From assembly GCF_006345805.1 (NCBI RefSeq), contig NC_043007.1, positions 69,626,001 through 69,690,000 of the forward strand: a DNA stretch of 64,000 bases, given 5' to 3'. The translations under genes and the position numbers were made by a program. A model generated the notes under the pieces. That model ran no database searches. It saw only the letters and a list, made by a program, of their open reading frames with translations, and was not told the origin of the DNA. Positions 62,291 through 64,000 of this stretch are shown here, piece after piece. The number at the start of each line of letters is the position of its first letter. Position 1 is the stretch's first letter. The stretch is from Octopus sinensis. Its lineage: Eukaryota.

Positions 62291-63983
62291 CTATTATTGG
62301 TCCGAGTCAATTGACTAAGGCTATGTAATATGTAAAGTATAAGATCATAAATACAATACAATTCTAGTACAGAAGAACAATTAGTTCCACATTCAGATAG
62401 AGATCATCACTTTATGTCATGTGGTCTGTACAAGATAAATACATTCAAACATCATTGTTGATTGAATTTAAAACTTTGCACAAAACATTTTCTTCTCACT
62501 CTATACCACATCACTCATAGAAAAAACAACTCTAACTTGAGAGCACAGTATGTTTTCCACTTGAGTTTTCATGACTATGGTCTTGGGTCAGCTACACGAT
62601 TTGTTGGCCCACAAGCAAAATGTTTACATGAGACAATGCTCATGTGAATGGCCATTGGCTCACAATGAGCTCATCCCATTTTTGATGGGTTTTGTTTACA
62701 GTGATGTGAAGTGTCTAATAAATACCCTCCTTATCTGGCAGGCCTGGATGCTGGAGGTGGTGGGGGTCAACAGTTTACTCACCAACCATCCAATCATGAA
62801 ACGTTATACTGAGTTACAGTAGCAGGACTTTCCTGTCCTGACCTGACCTCAACTAAGTTTATAATTTTCAAACAGAAATTTAATAACACCCACACCAATT
62901 CAACATCTGAACTAGGCTGTGTAACTGATTTCTCTTCAAATATCTTGCGAGTCTTAAAACACAACTGAAACCAGTTTTCTTCACAATGAATGTCATGCCC
63001 TACATTTGTCACATCTACTTTACACAATAACTTACATGGCTGACTGATTCCTGAGAAAATAAATTCTCACATTAAAAATATCTCCTCACTATAACTTTTG
63101 ATAAATCCACACCCAACAAGCTCATCCTTCGCTATTATTGGTTTCAGTCACTTGACTAAGGCTATGTAATATGTAAAGTACAAGATCATAAATACATAAG
63201 AACTAATTGTTTTTCTGGACTACAATTGTAGTACAGGAGAATTCTAGTACAGAAGAACAAGTAGTTCCACATTCAGATAGAGGTCATCACTTACTATGTA
63301 ATGTGGTTTGTACAAGATAAATACATTCAATCATCATTGTTGATTGAATTTAAAACTTTGCACTAAACAACATTTTCTTCTCACTCTATACCACATCACT
63401 CATAAAAAAAAACAACTCTAACTTGAGATCACAGTTTGTTTTCCACTGGAGTTTTCATGATTATGGTCTTGGATCAGCTGCACAATTTGTTGGCCCACAA
63501 GCGAGATGTTTACATGAGACAATACTCATGTGAATGGCCATTGGCTCACAATGAGCTCATCCCATTTTTGATGGGTTTTGTTTTCAGTGATGTGAAGTGT
63601 TCAATTAATGCTCTCCTCATCTGGCAGGCCAGGATGGTGCAGGTGATGGGGGCAACAGTTTACTCACCAACCACCCCATTATGATAGGTTATACTGAGTT
63701 ACATAGCAGAACTTTTCTGACCTGACCTGACCTCAACCTCCCCAAGACACTAAGTTTATAATTTGCTAATAGAAATTTAATACCACCCACACCAATTCAA
63801 CCTCTGAACTAGGCTGTGTAACTGATTTCTCTTCAGATATCTTGTTAATCTTACAACTAAAATCAGTTTATTCACAAAGAATGTCATGCCCTACATTTGT
63901 CACATCTGCTTTACACAATAACTTACATGGCTGACTGATTCCTGAGAAAATAAATTCTCATATTAAAAACAAAATATCTCCTC
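62291..63983 (+). repeat. Tandem direct duplication, 841-bp period (62291-63087 and 63132-63983)
   Basis: Colinear with substitutions and indels; explains the paired ORFs 62571-62822 and 63436-63684. Confidence 0.92.
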
Positions 63984-64000
63984 CTTGAGAGTACAGTATG

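Overview
AT-rich, repeat-dense metazoan genomic DNA. The tRNA-derived SINE families and (TA)n/(CA)n load look like octopus (coleoid cephalopod); this is recognition from memory, not a database hit. Two spliced genes converge tail-to-tail. (1) Plus strand: the last four coding exons (27-7780, about 470 aa) of an MSK1/RPS6KA5-type kinase, covering the C-terminal kinase domain and a long Ser/Thr/Gln-rich tail. (2) Minus strand: 16 frame-consistent GT-AG exons (56771 down to stop at 14401, about 635 aa) of an EML1-4-type echinoderm microtubule-associated protein (HELP motif plus WD40/TAPE domain). Its N-terminal exons were not found in the window. Introns hold SINEs, RTE and CR1/L2 LINE fragments, two full-length dead mariners, other Tc1/mariner relics, piggyBac/Tigger/mariner-type MITEs, non-autonomous Helitrons, Penelope-like ends with hammerhead-like motifs, and microsatellites. 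The most interesting signal is the 20.8-kb phase-0 EML intron (30294-51071). It contains three stop-free, frame-preserving candidate cassette exons (51, 126 and 60 nt) that would all insert into the same WD40 loop (GHDRREGR/PHIRIW); one encodes a PP1-docking RVxF motif (RKNVTF). It also contains a stop-bearing candidate exon inside a near-perfect inverted duplication. A 181-bp perfect palindrome, a decayed exon-intron duplication and several local duplications also stand out. None of the cassette exons is confirmed without transcript data.
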